NCBI GenBank assembly: GCA_021795965.1
Contig: JAJYOU010000009.1
Coordinates: 951 to 64,950, forward strand
Reading direction: 5' to 3'
DNA length: 64,000 nt
Source: Chloroflexota bacterium
GTDB lineage: Bacteria; Chloroflexota; Anaerolineae; Anaerolineales; Villigracilaceae
Shown here piece by piece: positions 29,133 through 38,911 of this stretch; positions within the stretch are counted from its first letter, which is position 1, and each line of letters begins with the position of its first letter. The notes below the pieces were generated by a model. It saw only the letters and a program-made list of their open reading frames with translations. It did not search any database and had not been told where the DNA came from. The position numbers and the translations under genes are program-made.

Positions 29133-32100
29133 ATGGATTTCATCTTATCTTTGTTTGATACTTACCCCACACTCCTTGGACCGGCGACCTTAATCGGCTG
29201 GCTGGGGTGGTGTGTTTTTTTGGGTTTTATCATCAGGTTAATTTGGATCAACCGAAAAAGCGAGACGACCTGGAATAAATCTAAATGGAAAATCTTTGGC
29301 GGTTTGTTGGTCCTGGTCGCTTTCAGCAACTTGTTTATCGGATTTCGGCTGCCGCTTGGATCCACGCTGCCTTTGCCCGGCATTCCCCAGGATATCCAGG
29401 GCTCAGCCGTCATGGTTTTTTCTGCAGTTCCAATCCTCCTGGCTGGTGGAATTCTAGGTCCAGTTTCTGCTGCCCTTTTGGGCATGTTTGCCGGTTTCAT
29501 CCGTTTTTTTTGGGATAACCAAAGTATTTTTTCTCCCCTGGAATTTGCATTATTATCATTATTTTTCAGTTTTCTGGTGCGCCAACGCTATCGTTCCAGA
29601 TTTTTTGCCATCCTTCGAGAACCCCTGCTTGCGGTCCTGGCACTGCTCCTGGTGTTCGTACCCGTTTATATAGTCGATGGATTCCTGGTGTCCTCGGGCT
29701 CGATGGCTGTCCGTCTGGATTTCGCCCTCGCCAGTTTTGGTATGCGAATTGTTTCAACAGGGATTGAACTTCTCATCGCAGGTTTGATGATGCAAATTCT
29801 GGTAAAGGTTTCCCCCACGCTTTGGGGGCGCTTTTTACCCTTAACGCCATCTCCCATTGAAAGAAGTCTCGAATCACGCTTTTTGTTCGGAACCGGGACA
29901 CTGGTTATCCTGCTTTTGATAGCCCTGCTTGCCGGGGACTGGTTGGTTGCCGGCGCCGCTGCCCGTGAAATGCTCCATGCCCGCCTGGCTGCCACAGCCG
30001 AGTTATCCTCTGAGAATGTACCTTTTGTACTTGAAACAGGTCAAAATCTTGCCTCCCAGATTGCAATTCTTCCTGAATTGGCAGTTGGGTCAGGAGAAGA
30101 GCTAAACAATTTCCTGAAAAACGAAATTAATATCACTCCCTTTTTCGATGAATTATTGGTTTTTGATCAAAATCGAAATCTCATCAGTTCTTATTCACTC
30201 GATCCCACTGTTAAACCCCGCCTTTTTCCCGAAGAAAATTCTGGACTGGATTTGGCATTTAACAACGTCCTCAGGCAAATTTATACAATTCCACCCGCTG
30301 TTCAGAAGCAGGATGTATCTGCTCGGATTTCTTTTCTGATCACAATATCTGATGCCGTTTCCAGTCAACCGGTCAGGGTTTTGATCGCCCGGACTGATCT
30401 GATCAACAATCCATTTGCCTTGCCCCTGCTCACCAGTTTGCAATCCATGTCAAAACTGGGGGGAAGCGGAATCCTGCTCGATGAAAACGGGAGGATACTG
30501 ATTCACCCGGCTTCTTCACTGGTGATGACTCTTTACTCAGGACAACAAAAAAACGCCCCAGCTTTTTTTGACGATACCGCTCCAAATGGCACACGTAACC
30601 TTGTATATTACCAACCCGTGGAGGGTCGCGCCTGGTCGGTAGTGCTCACAGTTCCTGCCCAACAGACTCAAGAGCTGTCCCTATCGATTGCAGCACCTTT
30701 GACGTTGATGATCTTGTTATTGGGAATCATTGCCCTGATCTCGTTGAGGCTGGGGCTGAAAACAGTCACAACTTCTCTCCACAATCTCGCCGAAGAAACA
30801 GTCCGCATTGCACAAGGTCAATTGGATCACAAATTGACCGAAGAAGGTGTCGATGAAGTTGGGCAGCTCGGAAGATCTTTTGAACAAATGCGGATTAGTT
30901 TGCAGGCTCGACTGGACGAGTTAAACCGGCTTCTGTTGGTAAGCCAGGGAGTCGCTTCCAGTTTGGATGTTCGAAAAGCGGTCCAACCTGTGATGGAAGC
31001 AATCCTGGCGACGGGTGCGAGTTCGGTTCGAATGATTCTGCCCTCGGTTGATGAGGATAGTGAGCCAGGTAAAATCATATCGGTCAGCCTGGATCAAAGT
31101 AAGCCGGCTTATTCACACCTGGATGAACAAATAACCCTCCTGGCAGAACAAAAAGAAACCATCTTCGCTTCCAATTCTGATAGTGTTCTCGGACGCAGAA
31201 AAGAAGCCAGATTGAGTTATCCAAAATCGCTATGTGCCATCGCCCTCAAACATGAAAATCATAAATTTGGCGTACTTTGGGCTGGATACGATCAGAAGCG
31301 CCAATTCTCCGATTTGGATATCCGTTTCTTAACAACCCTGGCGGGGCAAGCCGCCCTGGCGGCGTCAAACCATAATCTTCTTCAAACTGCTGAAACCGGC
31401 CGGCAGCGACTTGCCATTATATTATCTTCCACACCCGACCCTGTCCTGGTGATCGACCAGAACAACCATCTTTTGCTCGCAAACCCTTCAGCATCCCATG
31501 CGCTTGGCGTGGACATGGTTTCCGCCAAAGGCAAGCCGGTTGAAAATTTCATCACCCAAGAGCCTTTGCTGAATATTTTAAAAACCTCTTCGAAAGAGAA
31601 ACTTTCAGTAGAAGTCATCCTGCCCGACGGACGGGTATATTTTGCATCCTCCTCGCTTGCAGTCGCAGAAGGGCGATCAGTGGGTCGTGTTTGCATCCTG
31701 AGAGATGTGACTCATTTCAAAGAACTTGACAAAATGAAAACTGATTTTGTTAATACGGTCAGCCATGATTTGCGGTCGCCGTTGACACTGATGCGCGGGT
31801 ATGCCTCCATGCTCGATATGGTCGGAAGCTTGAATCAACAGCAGCAGGATTTTGTGAAGAAAATGATTTTAGGGGTCGATAACATGGCAAAATTGGTCAA
31901 CACCCTGCTTGATCTTGGACGAATTGAAGCAGGTGTTGGCTTGCAGCTTGAAATTATTCCAGTTGTGCCCCTGATTGAAAAAGTTGTCAACCAGCTTCAA
32001 TTGCTGGCTATCCAGAAGAAAATCGAACTAACGCTTGTCACGCCGAAAGCCTCAAAATCATTAATAGAAGTGGATCGGGAATTATTTGAACAGGTGATTT

Positions 32101-32432
32101 ACAACCTGGTGGAAAATGCCATTAAATATACGCCGGTCAACGGGAAGGTCCTTGTCAGACTTCAAATAACGGATGATGACATGTTATTCGACGTCAAGGA
32201 TACCGGAATTGGGATTGATTACAAAGACATGCCGCATCTATTTGAAAAATTTTATCGTGGCGGACAAAGGGAAAGCCGTTCACAGCGAGGTTCTGGCCTA
32301 GGTTTGGCTATCGTTAAATCAATTGTTGAGCACCATGGCGGTCGGATTTGGGTGGACAGCGAAGTGGGCATTGGCAGTACTTTCATCGTGAAATTACCTT
32401 TGCGCCAGGTGAATATCAATCATCCCCGATAG
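29133..32432 (+). CDS. Multidomain sensor histidine kinase (polytopic N-terminus, extracytoplasmic domain, HAMP, GAF, PAS, HisKA, HATPase_c)
   Basis: H-box VSHDLRSPL, N-box NLVENAIKYT, G-boxes DTGIGI and GSGLGLAIV. About 7 N-terminal TM segments, and a second TM before the HAMP-like region. No response regulator is adjacent. Confidence 0.85.
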   Translation: MDFILSLFDTYPTLLGPATLIGWLGWCVFLGFIIRLIWINRKSETTWNKSKWKIFGGLLVLVAFSNLFIGFRLPLGSTLPLPGIPQDIQGSAVMVFSAVPILLAGGILGPVSAALLGMFAGFIRFFWDNQSIFSPLEFALLSLFFSFLVRQRYRSRFFAILREPLLAVLALLLVFVPVYIVDGFLVSSGSMAVRLDFALASFGMRIVSTGIELLIAGLMMQILVKVSPTLWGRFLPLTPSPIERSLESRFLFGTGTLVILLLIALLAGDWLVAGAAAREMLHARLAATAELSSENVPFVLETGQNLASQIAILPELAVGSGEELNNFLKNEINITPFFDELLVFDQNRNLISSYSLDPTVKPRLFPEENSGLDLAFNNVLRQIYTIPPAVQKQDVSARISFLITISDAVSSQPVRVLIARTDLINNPFALPLLTSLQSMSKLGGSGILLDENGRILIHPASSLVMTLYSGQQKNAPAFFDDTAPNGTRNLVYYQPVEGRAWSVVLTVPAQQTQELSLSIAAPLTLMILLLGIIALISLRLGLKTVTTSLHNLAEETVRIAQGQLDHKLTEEGVDEVGQLGRSFEQMRISLQARLDELNRLLLVSQGVASSLDVRKAVQPVMEAILATGASSVRMILPSVDEDSEPGKIISVSLDQSKPAYSHLDEQITLLAEQKETIFASNSDSVLGRRKEARLSYPKSLCAIALKHENHKFGVLWAGYDQKRQFSDLDIRFLTTLAGQAALAASNHNLLQTAETGRQRLAIILSSTPDPVLVIDQNNHLLLANPSASHALGVDMVSAKGKPVENFITQEPLLNILKTSSKEKLSVEVILPDGRVYFASSSLAVAEGRSVGRVCILRDVTHFKELDKMKTDFVNTVSHDLRSPLTLMRGYASMLDMVGSLNQQQQDFVKKMILGVDNMAKLVNTLLDLGRIEAGVGLQLEIIPVVPLIEKVVNQLQLLAIQKKIELTLVTPKASKSLIEVDRELFEQVIYNLVENAIKYTPVNGKVLVRLQITDDDMLFDVKDTGIGIDYKDMPHLFEKFYRGGQRESRSQRGSGLGLAIVKSIVEHHGGRIWVDSEVGIGSTFIVKLPLRQVNINHPR

Positions 32433-32564
32433 CATTTTGACATAATTCCATTTCCCTGAGATTCAACCTTTTAGATTTTTCAACTTTACGGTATAATGCC
32501 AAGCCGCTCATACGATTGAACGGCTTGCTTTTTGTAATTATCACGGTTTGCAGAGGTAACCAAA

Positions 32565-32738
32565 ATGTCTACGAAAAGAACGTATCAACCCCGCATTCGC
32601 CGCCGCATGCGCGTACACGGTTTTCGCGAACGAATGTCCACTTCCGATGGTCGCGAAGTGTTGCGCCGCCGCCGTTTGCGTGGTCGCATCAAGCTCTCGG
32701 TTAAAATTAATAACCATGTCAAACGGGTTCGCTGGTAA
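32565..32738 (+). CDS. rpmH: 50S ribosomal protein L34
   Basis: Hand translation: [57 protein letters not shown] (57 aa). It is below the ORF-track size cut-off and sits immediately upstream of rnpA. Confidence 0.9.
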   Translation: MSTKRTYQPRIRRRMRVHGFRERMSTSDGREVLRRRRLRGRIKLSVKINNHVKRVRW

Positions 32739-32800
32739 GCCGAATTGCTCATAGCTTATAATTTTCGCCTGCCAGGCATCATTTTTAACTCATTTCAAAG

Positions 32801-33163
32801 GTGAAACATCGCTTTCGCCTGACTCGATCCAAAGATTTCAAGCGGGTGCGTCACCAGGGAAAGTCCTTCGCGCACCCGTTTGTAGTGTTGGTAACATTTC
32901 CTTCGAGTGAAAATCGATCCCGGGTCGGAATCAGCACCAGTCGTGCAGTCGGTAATGCGGTTCAACGTAATCATGCCAGAAGAGTGTTGCGAGAAACATT
33001 GCGACCGCTAACCAGCTTGATTATCCCGGGATGGGACTTGGTATTGATCGCACGTAATAATATAATTACCGCAGAATTCAAGGATGTCCAGACTGCAATT
33101 GAAAAACTTTTGCAGCGGGCAAATTTGTTGTTGCATGAAGAACAGAAAAACAATGAGTGCTGA
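32801..33163 (+). CDS. rnpA: Ribonuclease P protein component
   Basis: [17 protein letters not shown]...[23 protein letters not shown] (RNR motif region). GTG start. It follows rpmH. Confidence 0.85.
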   Translation: MKHRFRLTRSKDFKRVRHQGKSFAHPFVVLVTFPSSENRSRVGISTSRAVGNAVQRNHARRVLRETLRPLTSLIIPGWDLVLIARNNIITAEFKDVQTAIEKLLQRANLLLHEEQKNNEC

Positions 33164-33446
33164 ACACTTTTTACCACAGGAATATCCAAATGAACCCCGC
33201 TTGCGTGATTTGCCGCGAACCGTTTGGAATTTTCCTCGACTAATCCTTTTAGCTTTAATTCGCCTGTATCAGATGACCATTTCGCGGGGTTTACCAGCCA
33301 ATACCTGCAGATTTTACCCTTCGTGTTCACATTACGGATACCAGGCAGTTTATAAGCATGGCGCTTTTAAAGGCTTTTTTATGGCTGTGTGGCGCGTTTT
33401 GCGGTGCAATCCGTTTAACCCTGGTGGCTTTGACCCTGTTCCTTAG
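33153..33446 (+). CDS. yidD: Membrane protein insertion efficiency factor YidD
   Basis: [63 protein letters not shown]. The ATG at 33153 overlaps the rnpA end by 11 nt. Confidence 0.85.
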   Translation: MSAEHFLPQEYPNEPRLRDLPRTVWNFPRLILLALIRLYQMTISRGLPANTCRFYPSCSHYGYQAVYKHGAFKGFFMAVWRVLRCNPFNPGGFDPVP

Positions 33447-33503
33447 CCTCCGGTTTTCGTTGGAACGGATAAACACTTAGCGCGTTGGCAAATAGGAGAT
33501 TTT

Positions 33504-34610
33504 ATGAAGATCAACCGCATATTTTTATTTTTTTTGTTGGCAGCCATTCCCTTGTTTACCGCCGCCTGCGGTGCCGCGCCTGCGTCCACCTGGCCAGGGC
33601 TTGCAACAGACGGTAAATTGGCATACCTCGCTTCTGCCCAATATGTCTACAAGATTTCTGTCAGCGATGGCGTGGAAGTAACCACTCCGACTGTCGATGG
33701 TCCCGTCCCGGCACGATTTCCCCTCAAGGCAGAAAGCACCAAATCTTTTTATGCCACACCTGTCATATCTCCTGATGGTCAGCTTTTTATTGGTAGCGCA
33801 GCCACCAGCGACGCATCGTTTTACAGTGTTGACCTGAAAACAAACACCGTCAAATGGACCTTCAAGGACGGCAAGAATCCCTGGGTGGCAGGTGCTTTTG
33901 TTTCAGGTGACACGGTTTATGCAGCTGCTGGCGATGGCATTTTGTATGCGCTTGGGTTGGCAGATGGTCAGGTGCGTTGGCAGTTTAAAGCTTCCGATCA
34001 CAGTTTATGGAGCACACCGGTATCAGACGGCAAGTTAATCTTTATTGTTACCCTCGATCACGAGGTCTATGCTCTTGATCCAAAAGGAAACAAGGTTTGG
34101 AGTAGCGCTCTCGATAATGCCATAATGGCGCCTCCTTATATCGCCGGTGATACAATAATCGTTGGAACCCTTTCGGGTAAACTGTTTGCATTGAATGCCG
34201 CCAGTGGAAATCAAAAATGGGTCAGTTCACTGGATGGCAGTATTTGGGGTTCCCCGGCTTCTGATGGAGAAAATGTTTATATCGGAACGGTTAAGGATAA
34301 AGCTGGCAAATTTTATGCCGTCAATCTCCAGACAGGTCAAATCACCTGGTCCAAAGATGACCCCGGCGCAATAACTGCCAGCCCATTGGTAACCCCGACA
34401 CAAATTATTTATGTAACCGAAGCTGGCAAGATCCAATCCATTGACAAAAGTGGTTCGCCCAAATGGCAAGCGGTTATAGAAAACGCTAAACTGTATACTC
34501 CCCCGGTGCTTGCTAATGATTTGATTTTGGTAGCTCCGATGAACGCAACCTTTCTTCTGGGAGCCTACGATTTGAACGGCGCCCAGAAGTGGACCTTTAC
34601 GGGCAAATAG
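33504..34610 (+). CDS. PQQ-like / BamB-like beta-propeller repeat lipoprotein
   Basis: Signal peptide with lipobox LFTAAC. The protein contains repeated blades: GILYALGLADGQVRWQF, HEVYALDPKGNKVW, GKLFALNAASGNQKW and GKFYAVNLQTGQITW. Confidence 0.7.
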   Translation: MKINRIFLFFLLAAIPLFTAACGAAPASTWPGLATDGKLAYLASAQYVYKISVSDGVEVTTPTVDGPVPARFPLKAESTKSFYATPVISPDGQLFIGSAATSDASFYSVDLKTNTVKWTFKDGKNPWVAGAFVSGDTVYAAAGDGILYALGLADGQVRWQFKASDHSLWSTPVSDGKLIFIVTLDHEVYALDPKGNKVWSSALDNAIMAPPYIAGDTIIVGTLSGKLFALNAASGNQKWVSSLDGSIWGSPASDGENVYIGTVKDKAGKFYAVNLQTGQITWSKDDPGAITASPLVTPTQIIYVTEAGKIQSIDKSGSPKWQAVIENAKLYTPPVLANDLILVAPMNATFLLGAYDLNGAQKWTFTGK

Positions 34611-34619
34611 GAAAAGGAT

Positions 34620-35450
34620 ATGGGTAATATTTTTGATCTGCTAATTGTGACACCCTTTACCAATGTCCTGCTCTTGATTTATGCATTTGTGGGCAATTTT
34701 GGTATATCAATTATTTTATTTACGATTCTTATCAGGCTGGTAACCCATCCCATCATGGCCCAGCAGATTAAGTCCAGCACCGCGATGCAAGAACTGATGG
34801 CTTCGGATGAATGGCATAAAATCCAGGAAAAATATAAGAATGATAAGGAAAAGCTGGCGCAGGAACAAATGCGCATTTACAGCGAAAAGGGCGTTAGTCC
34901 CTTTAGTTCTTGTCTGCCGACCCTTATTCAATTCCCAATTCTGATCGGTTTTTACCAGAGTATCGTACGGGCGATTGGTGTCTCTCCTTTACAGCTGCTG
35001 GGACTGGTCCGAAGTATTTACCCGGGATTGGAAAATATTACCCATATGGCCAGTCTTTCCGCCCTGATCCCGATCAAGAGCCAATTTTTATGGATGAATC
35101 TTGGGCAGCCAGAAGGTATCCAGCTTTCTTTCCTGCCCTTCGCAATTCCAGTTCTCGCCATCATCGTGGGTTTGACAACTTATATTCAGACGAAATTAAC
35201 CATTCAACCTGCAGCCAGTCCAAATGATCAATCTGCTCAAATGAATAAAATGATGAGCCTTTATATGCCCCTCTTGCTCTTTTATTTTGCATTGAACTTC
35301 GCATCAGGTTTGGCTGTCTACTTTATCGCCAGCAACCTGGTTGGTATTGTTCAATATGCAGCATTGGGTAAAATTGATTTCAAAAATGTTTTTTCAATTG
35401 GACCTGCAAAGAAGTCCGATAGCCGGGCAAAACCTGGTAAACGCTCCTAG
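34620..35450 (+). CDS. yidC: Membrane protein insertase YidC (short, Oxa1-type)
   Basis: GISIILFTILIRLVTHPI, SCLPTLIQFPILIGFYQ and ASGLAVYFIASNLVGIVQ. Confidence 0.85.
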   Translation: MGNIFDLLIVTPFTNVLLLIYAFVGNFGISIILFTILIRLVTHPIMAQQIKSSTAMQELMASDEWHKIQEKYKNDKEKLAQEQMRIYSEKGVSPFSSCLPTLIQFPILIGFYQSIVRAIGVSPLQLLGLVRSIYPGLENITHMASLSALIPIKSQFLWMNLGQPEGIQLSFLPFAIPVLAIIVGLTTYIQTKLTIQPAASPNDQSAQMNKMMSLYMPLLLFYFALNFASGLAVYFIASNLVGIVQYAALGKIDFKNVFSIGPAKKSDSRAKPGKRS

Positions 35451-35459
35451 GAAAATAAA

Positions 35460-36173
35460 ATGAAAAAAACAAACTTGGAAGTTATTGCCCCCAGCGTCGA
35501 TGAAGCCATTTTTAAAGGCATGACCCAGTTGGGCGTTCCCCGGGAGCAGCTGGATTTCGAAGTGTTGGACGAAGGCTCAAAAGGCTTTCTGGGAATTGGC
35601 AGCCGGCAAGTTCGTTTGCGATTATCCATCAAAGGGGATGATTTAACTTCAACGGATCAAACACCGTCTGCTCCAGTTGAAGAAAAACAACCAAATTTGA
35701 TCGAAGACGACCTTTTGCAGTTCACCACCCGAACCGCCATTGAGTTGCTTTCCAAAATGAAAATTCAAGCCAATGTCACCGCTAAATATGGTGAAGCGGA
35801 TGGAAACAACGAAATGCCGGTCCTGGTGGATATTACCGGGGATGATTTAAGTGTATTGATTGGGCGCCGAGCTGAAACCTTGAACGCCTTGCAATACATT
35901 CTGGCGTTGATAGTCAGCAAGGAATCCAACAAATGGATGCAAGTCATCGTGGATGTGGAAGGATACCGCGTTCGCCGCGAGCGACAACTTCGCCAGCTGG
36001 CTGTTCGCATGGCGGAACAGGCTGTTCGTACGGGCAGGCGCCAATTATTGGAACCTATGTCTGCTTCAGAGCGCCGCATCATTCATCTTGAATTACGCGA
36101 TCACGAGGCAGTCACCACCGAAAGTGTCGGCGAAGAACCGAACCGTAAGGTGAGCATCCTCTTAAAAAAATAG
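35460..36173 (+). CDS. jag: Jag/KhpB RNA-binding protein (Jag_N, KH, R3H)
   Basis: N-terminal Jag domain EAIFKGMTQLGV and C-terminal R3H region LEPMSASERRIIHLELRD. It follows yidC. Confidence 0.8.
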   Translation: MKKTNLEVIAPSVDEAIFKGMTQLGVPREQLDFEVLDEGSKGFLGIGSRQVRLRLSIKGDDLTSTDQTPSAPVEEKQPNLIEDDLLQFTTRTAIELLSKMKIQANVTAKYGEADGNNEMPVLVDITGDDLSVLIGRRAETLNALQYILALIVSKESNKWMQVIVDVEGYRVRRERQLRQLAVRMAEQAVRTGRRQLLEPMSASERRIIHLELRDHEAVTTESVGEEPNRKVSILLKK

Positions 36174-36185
36174 CGAAACTCCCAC

Positions 36186-36222
36186 AAACAGCCCGGTGCT
36201 AACGCCGGGCTGTTTGTTATTT
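36186..36222 (+). terminator. Rho-independent terminator
   Basis: AAACAGCCCGG / 8-nt loop / CCGGGCTGTTT, followed by GTTATTT. Confidence 0.6.
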
Positions 36223-36241
36223 CTCGGATTATAATTTGGAT

Positions 36242-37093
36242 ATGTTTCACATTGTTCCACCACAACCGGTTGATTATCTTGTCATTGGTCACATCACCGT
36301 TGACCTCACTCCCACGAGCCTGACCCTGGGAGGTTCTGCTACATACGCAGCCCTGACTGCCCGCGCACTTGGAATGCGGGTTGGGATTGTAACCACCAGG
36401 GGTGACGAAATCCCTCTCGACCTTCCGGATGGCATCCAGGTTGTATCTGGGAAAGCAGAACACAGTACAACCTTCGAAAATATTTACACACCTGATGGGC
36501 GAATACAATATCTTCGTCATTTAGCTCCAAAAATTGATTTTTCTTCAGTTCCGGAAGCTTGGCGCCGTGCGAAAATTATTCACCTTGGACCAGTTGCCCA
36601 GGAAGTGGAACCTCAAATTCCTGCCGATTTCCACCCCGAGCTGGTCGGGCGCACTCCACAGGGTTGGATGCGAACCTGGGGTGATGACGGCAGGGTTAAA
36701 CCTAGCCCGTGGAAACCGCTTGGGGACCCTTTGGATCAGGCTGGGGCGGTCGTTTTCAGCGTGGAAGATGTCTTGAACGATGAAGAATATATTGAGCGCA
36801 TCGCCCAGGTTACCCGTGTCTTAGCCGTTACCGAGGGAGCATCCGGTTGCCGTTTGTTCTGGCATGGTGACAGTCGCCGTTTTCGACCACCATCAGTCAA
36901 GGAAGTGGATCCGACCGGGGCAGGTGATATTTTTGCTGCCGCTTTTTTTATCCGCCTCTTGAACACCCGCGACCCCTGGGAAGCTGCTCGATTCGCGAAC
37001 CGCATCGCTGCAATTTCCGTTACTCGTCCTGGAATTTCGGGCGTCCCAAGCGCCAGAGAAGTCCAGGATTGTTTGACCGAAGTGCTGGATTGA
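36242..37093 (+). CDS. PfkB-family carbohydrate/nucleoside kinase
   Basis: The C-terminal PfkB signature is DPTGAGDIFAAAFF. The first ATG is at 36242; the track uses the TTG at 36236. Confidence 0.75.
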   Translation: MFHIVPPQPVDYLVIGHITVDLTPTSLTLGGSATYAALTARALGMRVGIVTTRGDEIPLDLPDGIQVVSGKAEHSTTFENIYTPDGRIQYLRHLAPKIDFSSVPEAWRRAKIIHLGPVAQEVEPQIPADFHPELVGRTPQGWMRTWGDDGRVKPSPWKPLGDPLDQAGAVVFSVEDVLNDEEYIERIAQVTRVLAVTEGASGCRLFWHGDSRRFRPPSVKEVDPTGAGDIFAAAFFIRLLNTRDPWEAARFANRIAAISVTRPGISGVPSAREVQDCLTEVLD

Positions 37094-37121
37094 ATTAATA
37101 AAGGTTTTTGGAGGCAGGAAT

Positions 37122-37913
37122 TTGACGGCTTTTATTTATACATTGGTCAACCAAAAAGGCGGCGTAGGTAAAACAACAACTTCAATAAATCTTGGAGCTT
37201 ACCTCGCTAAATTTGGCCAAAAAGTCTTGATTGTTGACCTGGATCCCCAGGCAAACGCAACCTCCTGCCTGGGAGTGGATAAATATACCGTCAAAAATAG
37301 TATTTATGAAGCGCTTTTAAATACAGAGCCCGGGTCGGTTGGATTATTAACCAATCACACCCTGGGGTTAACCCTCTTCCCCTCCTCTCCTGCTCTGGCT
37401 GGTGCAGAAGTTGAATTGGTCAATGAGCCTGAGCGGGAGACTCGCCTGAAAAAAGTGCTGGAACCTTTGATCGAGCGTTACGATTACATCCTGATTGATT
37501 GCCCGCCTTCACTCAGCGTTTTAACCGTAAACGGGTTGGTCGCAGCCAAAGACGGTGTGATCATTCCGGTCCAATGTGAATACCTTGCCCTGGAAGGGGT
37601 GGGTCAATTAATGCAAACATTGCAGCGGGTAAGACACTCTCTCTTTCCTGGTTTAAAGGTTCGTGGAGTTGTCATGACCATGTTTGAAAGTCGGGCTCAC
37701 CTATCATCAGATGTAGTCGGAGAAATTCGAAAATATTTTTCCGACCAGGTCTTTACAACGGTCATCCCCCGCAGCATACGCCTGGCCGAAGCTCCCTCCT
37801 ATGGATTACCAATTTCAATGTATGCACCTTCCTCAACCGGCGCACAGGCTTATTCAGCCCTCGCAGCAGAATTAATGCTTGGCGATGGCAAAGAATTGCC
37901 TCAGAAACTTTAA
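37122..37913 (+). CDS. parA: Chromosome partitioning ATPase ParA/Soj
   Basis: Deviant Walker A NQKGGVGKTT and DLDPQANAT, IDCPPSL. TTG start, 7 nt after GGAGG. Confidence 0.9.
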   Translation: MTAFIYTLVNQKGGVGKTTTSINLGAYLAKFGQKVLIVDLDPQANATSCLGVDKYTVKNSIYEALLNTEPGSVGLLTNHTLGLTLFPSSPALAGAEVELVNEPERETRLKKVLEPLIERYDYILIDCPPSLSVLTVNGLVAAKDGVIIPVQCEYLALEGVGQLMQTLQRVRHSLFPGLKVRGVVMTMFESRAHLSSDVVGEIRKYFSDQVFTTVIPRSIRLAEAPSYGLPISMYAPSSTGAQAYSALAAELMLGDGKELPQKL

Positions 37914-37943
37914 CTGAATTTCGAAAAATTATTAGGAGTTGTA

Positions 37944-38840
37944 ATGCCAAAACATTCTGGCCTTGGTAAAGGACTTGACGCATTGATTCCATCCGGGTTC
38001 CAACCCGAAACCGTTCAACTTGACAATGCCCAAATCCCGGCAAGTGTGTTAATGATTCCCCTTGATCAGATTCTCCCCAATCCGCACCAACCCCGTGCGC
38101 GCTTCGAGGATTCTGCCTTAAGCGAACTGGCAGATTCAATCCTGGAGCATGGAGTGATTCAACCCCTGATTGTGAGCCGCAACCCCAAGGACGATCATTA
38201 TACGCTCATCGCGGGCGAACGCCGCTTACAGGCATCTCGGCGAGCCGGTTTGACCACCGTTCCAGTAATCATCCGCCAGACTACAGATCAACAGCGCTTG
38301 GAATTGGCGCTGATCGAAAATATTCAAAGAGCCGACCTCAACCCACTTGAAGAAGCCAATGCTTTCAGACAATTAGCAGACGAATTTCATCTTTCACATG
38401 AAGAAATAGCAAAACGTGTAGGTAAAAATCGGGTCACCATCACCAACACCCTCCGGTTGCTGAACCTGCCGGCTGAAGTTCAGCGATCCCTCATCGAAGG
38501 TGAAATCACAGAAGGTCATGCACGGGCGCTCCTGGGCTTGAACAACCCAAGGGCAATTGAAGCAGCAACAAGAACTGTCATCCTGCGACAATTAACCGTG
38601 CGCCAAACCGAAGACTTGGTAAACCGGTTGAAGGGGGAGAAAACAAGTTCCATTCCGATCATTGAACGATCTCCAGAAGAAAAAGCCCTCGAGGAGTTTA
38701 TTCAAGAGAACCTTAGCCTGAAGCTCAGTGTAAAAATCAGAAAAGATCAAAACAGTGGTACAGTAACTTTGCATTTTGGCTCGGAAGAAGAATTCCAGGA
38801 TTTAATGGTTCGATTGACCGGTCAAAAATATAATCCGTAG
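37944..38840 (+). CDS. parB: Chromosome partitioning protein ParB/Spo0J
   Basis: NPHQPR and the ParB box GERRLQASRRAGL, IENIQRADLNPLEEA, then an HTH region. Confidence 0.9.
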   Translation: MPKHSGLGKGLDALIPSGFQPETVQLDNAQIPASVLMIPLDQILPNPHQPRARFEDSALSELADSILEHGVIQPLIVSRNPKDDHYTLIAGERRLQASRRAGLTTVPVIIRQTTDQQRLELALIENIQRADLNPLEEANAFRQLADEFHLSHEEIAKRVGKNRVTITNTLRLLNLPAEVQRSLIEGEITEGHARALLGLNNPRAIEAATRTVILRQLTVRQTEDLVNRLKGEKTSSIPIIERSPEEKALEEFIQENLSLKLSVKIRKDQNSGTVTLHFGSEEEFQDLMVRLTGQKYNP

Positions 38841-38911
38841 ATTTTCTTTCCTGGATGTTCTCACATCCTTTAATATTTAATTTAATTGATTCATGGTATT
38901 TCAAAGGAATT

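Noticed and set aside
32516-32704. 62-aa ORF in the track ([21 protein letters not shown]...)
   Set aside because: It overlaps rpmH in another frame. The L34 reading is unmistakable, so this ORF is a shadow.
36242-36257. parS-like half site TGTTTCAC near parAB (also a CACGTG core at 40497-40506 and GTGAAAC at about 10314)
   Set aside because: Only one half of the 16-bp palindrome TGTTTCACGTGAAACA matches in each case, with 2-4 of 8 positions in the other half. I found no convincing parS in the window by eye.
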